From IMG/VR virus record IMGVR_UViG_2863371048_000001: a DNA stretch of 64,000 nucleotides; one strand, given 5' to 3'. Shown piece after piece: positions 1 to 9,406 of the stretch. The notes under the pieces are model-generated. The model was not told the origin of the DNA and made no database searches. It saw only the letters and a program-made list of their open reading frames with translations. Made by a program: the position numbers and the translations under genes. This DNA is from a virus (lineage: Duplodnaviria; Caudoviricetes). The first letter of the stretch is position 1. Each line of letters starts with the position of its first letter.

Positions 1-27
1 GACAGCGACGAGGACAAGCGGGCGGCC

Positions 28-369
28 GTGGCCGCGTACGCCGCTCTCCTCGGGGTTGAGCCGACGGAGCGGCAGCACGACCACCACGTGCGTCTCGCGG
101 TGACCGCGCCCTACCAGGGCGTGCGGGTGACCGTGTGGGCGCACGTCGCCAAGAACACCGAGATGCTGGCGGGCGACGTCTGGCGGGACGCCGCGGGCGA
201 CCGCTGGTGCGTTGTGGAGGTGCCGCAGCCCGGCGACGTGGCCCGCTTGTACCTGGCGACGGACCCGGGTGACACGCGGACGGTCTACACGATCGACGGT
301 GTCCGGGCGACGCGTGGGCCGTTGACGCTGGCGCACCGCCCCGAGGCCATCGCGGCGGTGGCCTCGTGA
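28..369 (+). CDS. phage hypothetical protein, possibly 5'-truncated by the window; C-terminal GD..D..G..W.V...GPLTL.HRP domain
   Basis: ORF track; GTGA overlap with next gene; resembles 63338..63556. Confidence 0.6.
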   Translation: MAAYAALLGVEPTERQHDHHVRLAVTAPYQGVRVTVWAHVAKNTEMLAGDVWRDAAGDRWCVVEVPQPGDVARLYLATDPGDTRTVYTIDGVRATRGPLTLAHRPEAIAAVAS

Positions 370-758
370 GCGCCATCGCAACCCGCCTCCTCGTTGAGGC
401 CCGCCCCACGGCCACCGAGGTCGCCATCCTGCACGTCCCGGCCGGAGCGGTGGCCCGCGTCCACCACCCCGCAGGCGTGCGCGAGTACACGCCGCTGCTG
501 CCCGAGGAATCGTGGTATGCGGTCGTGCCGGGCGACAAGGACTTGATCGGCTGGGGTGCGGTGCCGTGCTGGTACGGCTCCCTGGCCGGCATCAGGAACG
601 GCCGCCACCGGCTGGACCGGGACGCCTGGCACGCCGCTGCCCGTGAGCTGCGCTCCGGCGGCGTGACCTACGTGCAGTACGAGGTCCGCGACTACTACGG
701 CAACCCCCGGTGGACCGCTACAGGCGTCCGCGTCGACTCGGCGGGCGGTGCCCTGTGA
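366..758 (+). CDS. phage hypothetical protein
   Basis: ORF track; 4-nt overlaps on both sides. Confidence 0.6.
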   Translation: MSAIATRLLVEARPTATEVAILHVPAGAVARVHHPAGVREYTPLLPEESWYAVVPGDKDLIGWGAVPCWYGSLAGIRNGRHRLDRDAWHAAARELRSGGVTYVQYEVRDYYGNPRWTATGVRVDSAGGAL

Positions 759-934
759 GGCCCGAGGCCCGCGTGTGGCGGAAGGCCGCCCGCGCCGAGA
801 TCAAGGGCGTGCCGCGCGGGCGGCGCTCGACCCACCAGGCCAAGACCCAGCAGCCCCAGGCTCCCGCCGATGAGTCCGAGCAGACCACCGCCGCATCCCT
901 CACCCCCGCTGAGCAGATCGAGGTGCACGCATGA
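755..934 (+). CDS. small hypothetical protein
   Basis: GTG at 755 overlaps the upstream stop; ATGA overlap downstream. Confidence 0.5.
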   Translation: MRPEARVWRKAARAEIKGVPRGRRSTHQAKTQQPQAPADESEQTTAASLTPAEQIEVHA

Positions 935-1587
935 GCAGGACCGAGCGCGACATGGCCGAGCGGTTCGCCCGCGAAACTGCCGCCCACGAGATGACCGTCC
1001 TGCACGATGACGGCCTGTATCGCCACCTGCGATTCCAGCAGCCGGGCACCGGCATGTACTGGTTCGAGCTGGTCACCTGGCCAGGGAAGCTCGCCTTCGC
1101 CGGCGACGTGGACGGCTACGCATTCTCCTGCACCCCGGACATGCTCGGCTTCTTCCGGCAGTCCAGCTGGCAGGGCGGCATCAACCCCACGTACTGGGAC
1201 GAGAAGGTCATCGCGAGCCACGACAGCGTCATGACGTACTCGCAGGATCTGTTCAACAAGCAGGTCGCCGACGACCTCAAAGAGGCCGAGGAGCACTACC
1301 CCGGCGTCACCAAGGCGTGGAACGAGAAGGTCAACGGCGACCTCGCCGAGTACAACACCGAGCACGAACACGACGCGCGGGCGGCGCTGAACGACTTTGA
1401 GTACCTGCCCGAAGGGGCCAGCGGGGAGCCGTTCCGCTTCTACGACGCGTGGGAGTGGCAGCTCAAGGACTACAACTGGTCGTTCCTGTGGTGCTGCCAC
1501 GCGATCGTGTGGGGCATCGCCCAGTACGACAAGGCGAAGACCCTCGCTCCCGCTGAGTCCTCTCCCTCTCAGGGAGGCACGGCATGA
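931..1587 (+). CDS. conserved phage hypothetical protein (HDDGLYRHLRF...YWFELVTWPG family)
   Basis: 218 aa, strong GC3 bias, translational coupling. Confidence 0.75.
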   Translation: MSRTERDMAERFARETAAHEMTVLHDDGLYRHLRFQQPGTGMYWFELVTWPGKLAFAGDVDGYAFSCTPDMLGFFRQSSWQGGINPTYWDEKVIASHDSVMTYSQDLFNKQVADDLKEAEEHYPGVTKAWNEKVNGDLAEYNTEHEHDARAALNDFEYLPEGASGEPFRFYDAWEWQLKDYNWSFLWCCHAIVWGIAQYDKAKTLAPAESSPSQGGTA

Positions 1588-1892
1588 GCGACTACGACTA
1601 CGGCCCCCTCCAGACGTACGAGGTCACCTGGACCTCCGGTCACGTCGAGAGGGTCCACTGCCACCAGGTGTCCTACAGCGGCGACAGCGGCGGCCTCGAC
1701 GCCCTCGGCCTGATCGGCGTCAAGACCAAAAACGAGCGGCGCGTCCACCTGCACGGGCAGATCAACGGCCGGTGGCTGCTGGTCCTGTCGGCCCGCGAGA
1801 CGGACATCGCGGCCCTGCGGTTGGTGACGGTCGGCGAGGAGTTCGCCGGGCAGCGGTTCACCTTCGAGGAGCCAGGCGGTGAGAGCCGGTGA
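1584..1892 (+). CDS. phage hypothetical protein
   Basis: GGAGG RBS, overlaps. Confidence 0.65.
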   Translation: MSDYDYGPLQTYEVTWTSGHVERVHCHQVSYSGDSGGLDALGLIGVKTKNERRVHLHGQINGRWLLVLSARETDIAALRLVTVGEEFAGQRFTFEEPGGESR

Positions 1893-2251
1893 CCTGTGCC
1901 CGCTGGTTGACGTTCACCGCCGCCGCTGCCCGTCTCAACCTCCCGGTGGAGGAAGTGCAGCGCCTCGCGGACACCAAGGTTCTGCACGCCGAGTGGCTGC
2001 ACCACGACCACTGGGCGATCTCTGAGGAGTCGGTCACCGCCCTCAAGCCCGCGCCGGAGCTGGCTACCCCCACGGGTGACGTCCTGGCCGCCGCGGACGA
2101 CGAGGACGCCATGTCCGCCCACCTCGCCCACGCCGACGAGCCGTTCCCCGCCGTGACCTGGACCCCATGGAGTCCCGACGACTCCCCGGAGGACCGCGAA
2201 TACCGGAACGAGCAGGCCGACTACGAACCCCGAGAGGACGCACACCGCTGA
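1889..2251 (+). CDS. excisionase/MerR-like HTH protein with acidic tail
   Basis: WLTFTAAAARLNLPVEEVQRLADTKVL resembles an HTH_17 pattern. Confidence 0.5.
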   Translation: MTCARWLTFTAAAARLNLPVEEVQRLADTKVLHAEWLHHDHWAISEESVTALKPAPELATPTGDVLAAADDEDAMSAHLAHADEPFPAVTWTPWSPDDSPEDREYRNEQADYEPREDAHR

Positions 2252-3273
2252 TGGCAATCAAGACACGGCGCCCCACCGGCATCGTCCCGTGGCCGCTGAT
2301 CCTCCTCGAAGGCGGGGAGAAGAGCGGCAAGAGCTGGGCGTGCGCCGAGCTGTCCGCCTCCGAGAAGGTCGGCCAGACGTACTGGCTGGACCTGAACGAG
2401 GGCGCCGCCGACGAGTACGGCGCCATCCCCGGCGCCCGCTACCTCGTCATCGAGCACGACGGCACCTGGGCGGCGATCCTCAACCAGGTCTCCGAAGTCC
2501 GCGAGGAAGCCCGCCGCGCGGCCGACGCCGGCGAACCCCCTGTGGTGCTGGTCATCGACTCCATGACCGCCGAGTGGGACCTGCTGAAGGACTGGGCGGG
2601 TAACCGGGCCAAGGGGTCGACGTCCAACCAGAAGCGGCTTCGGGCGGACCCGAGCGCCGAGGTTCAGGTGTCGATGAACCTGTGGAACGACGCCACCGCC
2701 CGCCACCGGCGCCTGATGACGATGTTGATGACGTTCCCCGGCATCGTCGTCGTCACCGCCCGCGGCAAGGAAGTCGCGTCCCTTGACCAGTCCGGCCGCC
2801 CCGTCGAGGGGTCGAAGGACTACAAGGTCGAAGGCCACAAGAACCTCGCGTTCGACGCGTCCGTGTGGGTGCGCCTGTCCCGCGAGCACGCCCCGATCGT
2901 CGTTGGTGCCCGCTCCGTTCACGCCGGGATCCGGCCGGGCGTCGACAAGCCCGTCCCCGCCCCTCAGTTCACCCTGGAGTGGCTCGTCTTCGACGCGTTG
3001 AAGTGCAACCCGGTCGAGGCGCAGGTGCGGGCCCTGACCACCACCAAGGCGGGCGCTGAGTCGCCCGACGGTGAGGACCTGTCAGCGAAGGCGGGGGAAC
3101 TGCTGGCCCTGGCCGAGGACGCCTCCTCCGAGGTGGAGCTCCGCCGGGTGTGGGACCAGATCCGGCCCGCCCTGGACGGCCAGGAGATCAGCGCCGGTGA
3201 GGCGGACCGGGTCGCGGCCCGCATCAAGGCGTTGGGCGCGCAGCTCGCCGCCGGAACGGAGGCCGCAGCGTGA
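2251..3273 (+). CDS. AAA_24/Sak4-like phage recombination ATPase
   Basis: Walker A GGEKSGKS, Walker B VLVIDS; TGATG coupling at 2248-2253. Confidence 0.75.
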   Translation: MAIKTRRPTGIVPWPLILLEGGEKSGKSWACAELSASEKVGQTYWLDLNEGAADEYGAIPGARYLVIEHDGTWAAILNQVSEVREEARRAADAGEPPVVLVIDSMTAEWDLLKDWAGNRAKGSTSNQKRLRADPSAEVQVSMNLWNDATARHRRLMTMLMTFPGIVVVTARGKEVASLDQSGRPVEGSKDYKVEGHKNLAFDASVWVRLSREHAPIVVGARSVHAGIRPGVDKPVPAPQFTLEWLVFDALKCNPVEAQVRALTTTKAGAESPDGEDLSAKAGELLALAEDASSEVELRRVWDQIRPALDGQEISAGEADRVAARIKALGAQLAAGTEAAA

Positions 3274-3767
3274 TCTCCAACGAGTTGGCGCTGGTCGAGG
3301 TCGTCCTCAAGGCGATGACCGAGCGGCTGAAGGCCGCCAAGACCAACGCAGACGCTGAGATCCGTGCCACCGCCCTGCCCGGGGACCGCACCAACGCGGT
3401 CCTCCCGGACGGGACGGTCATCGGATCGGTCAGCCAGGCCAAGGGGCGCACGTCCGCGGCGGTCACTGACCGGGTCGCGTTCACCAAGTGGGCGCAGGCC
3501 GAGCACCCGACCGAGGTCGAGTTGGTCCCCACGGTCCGGCCGGCGTTCGAGCGGCGGGTCCTGGATGGGTGCAAGGCCAACGGCGTCAACGTGGACGCCA
3601 ACGGCCACGAGGTCCCCGGGGTGGAGGTCGGCCAGGGCAACCCCTACTCGATGACGAAGGTCACCGGGGGTGCTGAGGATGCGATCGCTGCGGCCTACCA
3701 GTCCGGGGAGCTCGCCGACGTCTTGGAGCGGTTCGCCCGCCCGGCCCTTGAGGCAGGTGCGGAGTGA
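3270..3767 (+). CDS. phage hypothetical protein next to the recombinase
   Basis: ORF track, GTGA overlaps. Confidence 0.7.
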   Translation: MISNELALVEVVLKAMTERLKAAKTNADAEIRATALPGDRTNAVLPDGTVIGSVSQAKGRTSAAVTDRVAFTKWAQAEHPTEVELVPTVRPAFERRVLDGCKANGVNVDANGHEVPGVEVGQGNPYSMTKVTGGAEDAIAAAYQSGELADVLERFARPALEAGAE

Positions 3768-4276
3768 AGCGCGGCAACGGTCTCCAGCGGACCACGCCCC
3801 TGATGGCGAAGAAGCCCATGGCGCGCGGCAAGGGGCTCAAGGCGGGTGCCGCGACCCCGACCCGTAAGGCCCCGGCGAAGAAGGCGCCTCGCAACACCGG
3901 CCCCACGCCCGCCGTACGGCAGGCCGTCCGGGACCGCGACCTGGACACGTGCATCGTGTGCGGTGTCGTCGTCTCCGGCCGGCCCGCGTCGATTCACCAC
4001 CGCCGCAACCGGGGCATGGGCGGGTCGTCGGACCCGCGCATCAACGACGTCACGAACCTGCTGGTCGTGTGCGGGGACGGGACGAGCGGCTGCCACGGCA
4101 TGTTGACCGACCGGCCGTGGGAGCTGGACGCCGAGAAGCACGGGTGGATCATCGGCCGCAACTCAATTGCTGACCCGGCCTTGGTGCCGGTGCTGGTGGC
4201 GTGGTTGGGCTGGGCCTACCCGCTGGCTGACGGCACGTGGCAGGTCATCGAGGACATCGCGGCGGTGACGTCATGA
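3764..4276 (+). CDS. HNH endonuclease
   Basis: CIVCG...IHHRRNRGMGG...NLLVVCG...CH. Confidence 0.8.
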   Translation: MKRGNGLQRTTPLMAKKPMARGKGLKAGAATPTRKAPAKKAPRNTGPTPAVRQAVRDRDLDTCIVCGVVVSGRPASIHHRRNRGMGGSSDPRINDVTNLLVVCGDGTSGCHGMLTDRPWELDAEKHGWIIGRNSIADPALVPVLVAWLGWAYPLADGTWQVIEDIAAVTS

Positions 4277-4689
4277 AGGCGCTGACCGTTCGCCAGCCGT
4301 GGGCCTGGGCCATCGGCTACGCAGGCAAGGACATCGAGAACCGGACGTGGGACACGACGCACCGGGGCCTGCTCGCCATCCACGCGGGCGCCCGGTGGGA
4401 CGGCGATGACGCGGCGGCCCGAGTCTTCGAGTTGGCTGGCGCTTACGTGCTGAAGACCACTGTGTCGGCGATCGTCGCGGTGGTCGAGCTCGTCGACGTC
4501 TGCGCCGTGGACGGCTTCACCGACTGCTGCAAGTGCGGGAAGTGGGCCTTCGGCTTCCAACGTCACTGGAGGCTCGCCAATCCCCGCCCGCTGGTCGAGC
4601 CGGTGTCGTGCAAGGGGCGGCTCGGCCTGTGGAACCTGCCTGAGGACGTCGAGGCTGCCGTGCTGCGGCAGATCGAGGTGACGTCATGA
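4273..4689 (+). CDS. ASCH domain protein
   Basis: MKALTVRQPWAWAI...GKDIENRTW...RGLLAIHAG; GxLGLW C-terminus. Confidence 0.85.
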   Translation: MKALTVRQPWAWAIGYAGKDIENRTWDTTHRGLLAIHAGARWDGDDAAARVFELAGAYVLKTTVSAIVAVVELVDVCAVDGFTDCCKCGKWAFGFQRHWRLANPRPLVEPVSCKGRLGLWNLPEDVEAAVLRQIEVTS

Positions 4690-4925
4690 CGGCTGGCCCG
4701 GTCGTCGCGTGGGAGCTGTGCTCCTGGTGCGACGTCATGGTCCCCGCGCCGCACGCCTGCCCGTACGTGGCGCCTACCTGCCCCACCACGGACCCCGCAG
4801 CAGCGGGGGAGCCGTGCGGCCGGTGTAAGCCCTGCCTCGACCTACAGGAGGCGTCCATCGCCGCCCAGGGCGACGGCCTTCCGCTCGCCACGGACGGGTC
4901 GCCGTCCGACCTCGATCACCCCTGA
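4686..4925 (+). CDS. small Cys-rich hypothetical protein
   Basis: CxxC motifs, ATGA overlap. Confidence 0.5.
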   Translation: MTAGPVVAWELCSWCDVMVPAPHACPYVAPTCPTTDPAAAGEPCGRCKPCLDLQEASIAAQGDGLPLATDGSPSDLDHP

Positions 4926-4934
4926 CCTGCCCCC

Positions 4935-4968
4935 TGCCTGTCTCCCTCGCAATGCGGGGAGACAGGCA
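4935..4968 (+). terminator. GC-rich hairpin upstream of the RNA ligase gene (terminator or processing site)
   Basis: TGCCTGTCTCCC / GGGAGACAGGCA 12-bp stem, no U tract. Confidence 0.4.
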
Positions 4969-4994
4969 CCCCGCCCCCAGACAGGAGGCCCACC

Positions 4995-6077
4995 GTGGCC
5001 GAGCTGCATATCTCTGAACTGCTAGATCTCGAATACCTGGAAGCCGCGGTCGAGGGCGGGTTCGTGCGGGTGCAGCAGCACCCCACCGAGCCGCTGTTCA
5101 TCTACAACTACACGGAGAAGACCCAGTACGAGGACGAGTGGAATGGAGCCACCCTCGCCTGCCGCGGCCTGATCACGGACGCGGGCGGGTGGGTCAAGGC
5201 CCGACCGTTCCGCAAGTTCTTCAACTACGGCGACCCGATGGTGGGCGAGCTGGACGCGTCGGCGAAGGCCGTCGTGGTCGACAAGATGGACGGCTCGCTC
5301 GGCATCCTGTACCCGGCCGCTGGCGGGTTCGTTATCGCCACCCGCGGCTCGTTCACGAGCGACCAGGCCCAACACGCCACCGACGTTCTCCAGCGGCGCT
5401 ACAACGACTTCCTGCCGCCCGAGGGGGTCACGGTCCTGTTCGAGATCGTCTACCCCGCTAACCGGATCGTGTGTGACTACGGAGGCGCGGACGACCTGTT
5501 TCTCCTCGGCGGGGTGGACATCGCGACCGGACAGGTTCTCGGGCCGGATGAGATCCGGGGATGGGCTGGGCCGGCGGCGAAGGTGTTCAACGTGCCGACG
5601 CTGGCGGATGCGTTGGCGATGCCGCCCCGTTCGGGCGCTGAGGGGCTGGTCGTCCGGCTGGTCGAGTCCGGGCAGATGGTGAAGCTGAAGCAGACGGATT
5701 ATGTCGCCCTCCACAAGATCATCACTGGGTTGAATGCCCGCGGCGTCTGGGAACTCCTCGGTGAAGGCAAGACCGTCGCTGACATCTGCGAGCCCCTCCC
5801 GGACGAGTTCCACGCATGGGTGAAGAACCTCGCCGGAGACCTGCAGCGGGAAGCCCACGAGTTGCTCTACGACACCGAGCGCTACCACGAGAAGATCCTC
5901 ACCCGCATGCCAGAGGGGTGGACGCGCAAGGACTACGCGCTCGAAGCCTCCACGTCTACGCTCCGCGGCTGGCTGTTCATGCTGCTGGACGAGCGGGACC
6001 CGCGCCCGCACATCTGGAAGGCACTCCGCCCGGCCGGCGACATGCGTCCCGTCCAGTTCTCGGAGGACGCCGCGTGA
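4995..6077 (+). CDS. T4 Rnl1-family RNA ligase
   Basis: IYNYT..TQY...W...CRGLI; KFFNYG; motif I KMDGSLG; LFEIVYP; EGLVV; KLK. Confidence 0.85.
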   Translation: MAELHISELLDLEYLEAAVEGGFVRVQQHPTEPLFIYNYTEKTQYEDEWNGATLACRGLITDAGGWVKARPFRKFFNYGDPMVGELDASAKAVVVDKMDGSLGILYPAAGGFVIATRGSFTSDQAQHATDVLQRRYNDFLPPEGVTVLFEIVYPANRIVCDYGGADDLFLLGGVDIATGQVLGPDEIRGWAGPAAKVFNVPTLADALAMPPRSGAEGLVVRLVESGQMVKLKQTDYVALHKIITGLNARGVWELLGEGKTVADICEPLPDEFHAWVKNLAGDLQREAHELLYDTERYHEKILTRMPEGWTRKDYALEASTSTLRGWLFMLLDERDPRPHIWKALRPAGDMRPVQFSEDAA

Positions 6078-6194
6078 GCGCGCTCATCGTCCCCGGCGCC
6101 TGACCTTCCCCTTCCCTCTGTCGTCTCCGCGCCCTCCATCGGGGGTGGGCGCGGAGGCGGCGGACTCCCATCAACTTCAAGGAGAACCACCGAA

Positions 6195-6641
6195 ATGCGC
6201 ACCAACAAGGCATCCGATCAGCTCGTCGCCCCCGTCCCGACCACCCCGGCATGGCCGAACGACGAGGTCCGGCAGACCGTCACCCAGAACAACCAGGCCG
6301 CCTACTACCGGCACTTCGAGCAGTACAAGCAGCGCGGGGCGGCAGCCCGGAAACTGACCGCCGACTGCGATCAGCTTTCCCGTGAGGTCGCCGACGCGAA
6401 GCGGGTCCTCGACGACGCCCAGCACCGGTACGACGAGAAGGTCCACGCGCAGCGCGTCGAAGCCCACTACGAGCAGGTCGAGTACGACACGGCGCAGGGG
6501 TACGCGGTGGCGTGCGCGTCGCTGGGGGCGCCGGTCCCTCCTCCGGACGGGGAACTTTCGCACGACGCCGACGGCAAGACGGCCCGGTGGAGCGCGGCTG
6601 TGGACGAGCAGAACGCCGCCGAAGGGGTGCGCGGGTTATGA
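6195..6641 (+). CDS. coiled-coil hypothetical protein
   Basis: AAGGAG RBS; ORF track. Confidence 0.65.
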   Translation: MRTNKASDQLVAPVPTTPAWPNDEVRQTVTQNNQAAYYRHFEQYKQRGAAARKLTADCDQLSREVADAKRVLDDAQHRYDEKVHAQRVEAHYEQVEYDTAQGYAVACASLGAPVPPPDGELSHDADGKTARWSAAVDEQNAAEGVRGL

Positions 6642-6811
6642 GAGCCCTGGAGCGGCTGTGCCGCCTGCTGATGCCGCAGAAGGGCCGCCGTGGTCGCCGC
6701 CGGCCTCGCCGTGTGGCCGCCACGACTCCGGTAGCGACGACCGCCACCATCCCGGCTGGCGTTGCCCCCATCTCCCTCACCAACCCGTACCCCTGGCAGG
6801 AGACCCGATGA
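6638..6811 (+). CDS. small basic hypothetical protein
   Basis: ATGA overlaps at both ends. Confidence 0.4.
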   Translation: MRALERLCRLLMPQKGRRGRRRPRRVAATTPVATTATIPAGVAPISLTNPYPWQETR

Positions 6812-7086
6812 GCACCGAGACCCCCGTCCCCGCCCCTGATCTGCTCGGCACGGTCCGCCGGAAGCCGAACGGGCGAGTCCTCGCGGTCCTATGGCCGTCC
6901 CCTCCGTCCAAGCACCGGTGGATGGTCACCGACTGCTGGGGGTCGTGCGGCTACGAAACGGACGAGGCGGTCGCGGACTGGCCGGTTGTCGGCGCGGTCC
7001 CGTACAGCCCCGCTGCCGGGTTCCCGATGCCCGCCCCCGCTTCCGCTGCCCAGGGAGAGGCGAAGACCGCCGGGGGTGCCTCGTGA
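6808..7086 (+). CDS. phage hypothetical protein
   Basis: AGGAGA RBS, ATG at 6808. Confidence 0.6.
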   Translation: MSTETPVPAPDLLGTVRRKPNGRVLAVLWPSPPSKHRWMVTDCWGSCGYETDEAVADWPVVGAVPYSPAAGFPMPAPASAAQGEAKTAGGAS

Positions 7087-7619
7087 GCGCCGAGACCACC
7101 CGACCTCTGCTGCTGATCGACGTGGACGGCGTCCTGAACCCGTTCCGCCGCCCTGGCCCGGAGTGGTTCAGGACGAAGTGCTCAGCGGACGGGCGCAGCT
7201 ACAACATGCTGCTCAACCCTGCCCATGGGCCGAAACTCCTCGACCTCGCCGCGACGGTCGGCTGTGACCTGGTGTGGGCGACCACGTGGGAGCACGACGC
7301 CAACACCGAGATCAGCCCGAAGATCGGCCTGCCCGAGCTGCCAGTGATCGAGGTGGACCGCGACAACCGGTGGCGTGACCGTGGCGTCGACGTCATGTTC
7401 AAGACGCCGCACGTCGCCGACTGGGTGAAGGGCCGCCCCTTCGTGTGGTTGGACGACGACCTCACCGACCTCGACGAGGCCTACCTCCGCGAGCACGAAG
7501 GCGTCGGCGACTTCCTGGTCATCCACGTCGATGGGCAGTTCGGCCTCACCGATGGCGACCTCGTCGAGGCCACCGTGTGGCTGATCGAGCACGGCTCACC
7601 CGCAGGGGAGCAGTCATGA
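7083..7619 (+). CDS. HAD-superfamily phosphatase (Swiss-Army-knife RNA-repair HAD-like)
   Basis: LLLIDVDGVLNP (DxDG), VWATTW, FVWLDDD, GLT. Confidence 0.8.
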   Translation: MSAETTRPLLLIDVDGVLNPFRRPGPEWFRTKCSADGRSYNMLLNPAHGPKLLDLAATVGCDLVWATTWEHDANTEISPKIGLPELPVIEVDRDNRWRDRGVDVMFKTPHVADWVKGRPFVWLDDDLTDLDEAYLREHEGVGDFLVIHVDGQFGLTDGDLVEATVWLIEHGSPAGEQS

Positions 7620-7933
7620 GACTCCCCGTCTTCGTGGTGGCTCTGGCGTCGGCGGTGACCGTGACGGCCACCGCCGGCGTCGTGGTGCTGCTGCTCATGG
7701 AGCCCGCGGATCTGGGCTGGTCGCCGTTCGTCTACGTCGCAGTCGCGAGCCTTGTGCTCGCGGCTGCGGCCGGCGCCGTCCATGTCGCCCAGGTCCGCCG
7801 CGCCCGCCGCTTCATCGGCCGCCTGCGCGACGTAGGCGCCGAGATGGCCGCGGAAGGCTACTTCGACGCCGACCGCGACCAGCGCCTTGTCGCTGACGTC
7901 TTCGACGCCCGGGAGACGCCATGGGAGCGCTGA
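7616..7933 (+). CDS. two-TM membrane protein
   Basis: two hydrophobic segments; ATGA overlap. Confidence 0.55.
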   Translation: MRLPVFVVALASAVTVTATAGVVVLLLMEPADLGWSPFVYVAVASLVLAAAAGAVHVAQVRRARRFIGRLRDVGAEMAAEGYFDADRDQRLVADVFDARETPWER

Positions 7934-8033
7934 TGCTCGCCCTGGCCGGCCTCACCGGTGCCGGGCTGATCTTCGCCGGGATGTGCCTGGCCGGCGACAC
8001 TCCTGACCTACACGACGTGTTCGAGGAGACCGA

Positions 8034-9080
8034 ATGAGCCCCCGCATCGGCAGTCTCTGCACCGGCTACGGCGGACTCGACCTGGCCGTGATGGACGTCC
8101 TCGGAGGGGCCATGGCCTGGCACTGCCAGTACGACCCCGACGACAAGCACCAGTACGCGGCACGGATCCTCGCCCACCACTGGCCGGACGTGCCGAATCG
8201 CGGAGACATCACCGCCGTCGACTGGTCCGCAGTTGAGCCGGTGGACATTCTGACCGCCGGGTTCCCGTGCCAGGACCTCAGCTATGCCGGCCGCGGCGCC
8301 GGGATCCAGGAAGGGAATCGCAGTGGACTTTGGTATGCCATCGAGAGCGCAGTGCGCGCTCTACGACCTGGACTCGTCGTCCTGGAGAACGTGGCCGCCA
8401 TCGTTGCTCGACGACCTGGACTTGACGTCGTTCTCGCCGGTCTTGCCGACCTCGGGTTCGATGCGGAATGGACGGGTGTTCGAGCATCCGACGTCGGTGC
8501 CACCCACCAGCGGAACCGGTGGTTCCTCCTCGCCTGGCCTGCCGGCACTGCTGCCTACGCCGCGGACCTCGGACACGAACGGGGCCGGCGCGCACGGGAC
8601 GGGCGGTCCGGACCTGCGGACCGTCGTCTCGCTCCTGCCGACGCCGACCTCGACGAACGCGCACGGGAATCAGCGCAACAACCGAGGCGAGTTGTTGTTG
8701 CCCGGAGTGGTGGCAGCGCTCCTGTCGACCCCGCGGGCGAGCGACACGGGAACCCCGGGCCGACGAGCGAGCGAGGGGTTCCGGCCGCCGCTCTCGCAGG
8801 TGATCCTGCCGATCGCGAATGGGGCGCCTACGGTCCCGCCATCGCCCGTTGGGAGCACGTCCTCGGACGACCTGCCCCTGGGCCAGTTGACGATCGAGGA
8901 CGCCTTGCGCCTGTCTTCGTCGAGTGGCTGATGGGCCTGCCCGCTGGCCACGTCACCGAAGTGCCTGGCCTGCCGCGCAACGCCCAGCTGAAGGCTCTCG
9001 GCAACGGCGTGGTCCCCAAGCAGGCGGTCTACGCGCTGCGTCTGCTGCTGGCCCGCCTCGACTTGGAGGTGGCCGCGTGA
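8034..9080 (+). CDS. DNA cytosine-5 methyltransferase
   Basis: motif I SLCTGYGGL, IV AGFPCQDLS, VI ENV, VIII QRNRWF, IX-like VEWLMGLP, X LGNGVVP. Confidence 0.9.
   Translation: MSPRIGSLCTGYGGLDLAVMDVLGGAMAWHCQYDPDDKHQYAARILAHHWPDVPNRGDITAVDWSAVEPVDILTAGFPCQDLSYAGRGAGIQEGNRSGLWYAIESAVRALRPGLVVLENVAAIVARRPGLDVVLAGLADLGFDAEWTGVRASDVGATHQRNRWFLLAWPAGTAAYAADLGHERGRRARDGRSGPADRRLAPADADLDERARESAQQPRRVVVARSGGSAPVDPAGERHGNPGPTSERGVPAAALAGDPADREWGAYGPAIARWEHVLGRPAPGPVDDRGRLAPVFVEWLMGLPAGHVTEVPGLPRNAQLKALGNGVVPKQAVYALRLLLARLDLEVAA
8323..8931 (+). CDS. overprinted alternative-frame ORF inside the methyltransferase (LLPTP-repeat protein; candidate second subunit)
   Basis: 648-nt open alternative frame from 8284; SD-like AGGAAGGGA 6 nt before GTG 8323; LLPTP, LLPTP and LLSTP repeats. 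Confidence 0.55.
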   Translation: MDFGMPSRAQCALYDLDSSSWRTWPPSLLDDLDLTSFSPVLPTSGSMRNGRVFEHPTSVPPTSGTGGSSSPGLPALLPTPRTSDTNGAGAHGTGGPDLRTVVSLLPTPTSTNAHGNQRNNRGELLLPGVVAALLSTPRASDTGTPGRRASEGFRPPLSQVILPIANGAPTVPPSPVGSTSSDDLPLGQLTIEDALRLSSSSG

Positions 9081-9406
9081 CCCTCCTGTACTGCTGCCCC
9101 TCCGCCGACGTCGAGGGCGAGGGAGCCGAGCACTCCGCGACCTGCCCCGAGCGGCGTGCGGCTGAGATCACCGCCGAGAGGGCATCCGTGACTGAGCCCG
9201 CCGTTCGCCGCGCCCAGGTGTGGGCCGGCCGAGCCGAGTCATACCGCCGGTTCCTCGTCACGACCGTCGCTGACGGCAAGGTCCGCGGCATGTCGTACCT
9301 GGAGAACGACAGCGCCACGTACACCAAAACGCACCGCCTGCCCGAGTTCCTCGCCGCGTACGTGCTGCTGGAGGACGTGCCCGCCCACTGGGAGGTGACC
9401 CAGTGA
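9077..9406 (+). CDS. phage hypothetical protein
   Basis: GTGA overlap, GGAGG RBS. Confidence 0.55.
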   Translation: MTLLYCCPSADVEGEGAEHSATCPERRAAEITAERASVTEPAVRRAQVWAGRAESYRRFLVTTVADGKVRGMSYLENDSATYTKTHRLPEFLAAYVLLEDVPAHWEVTQ

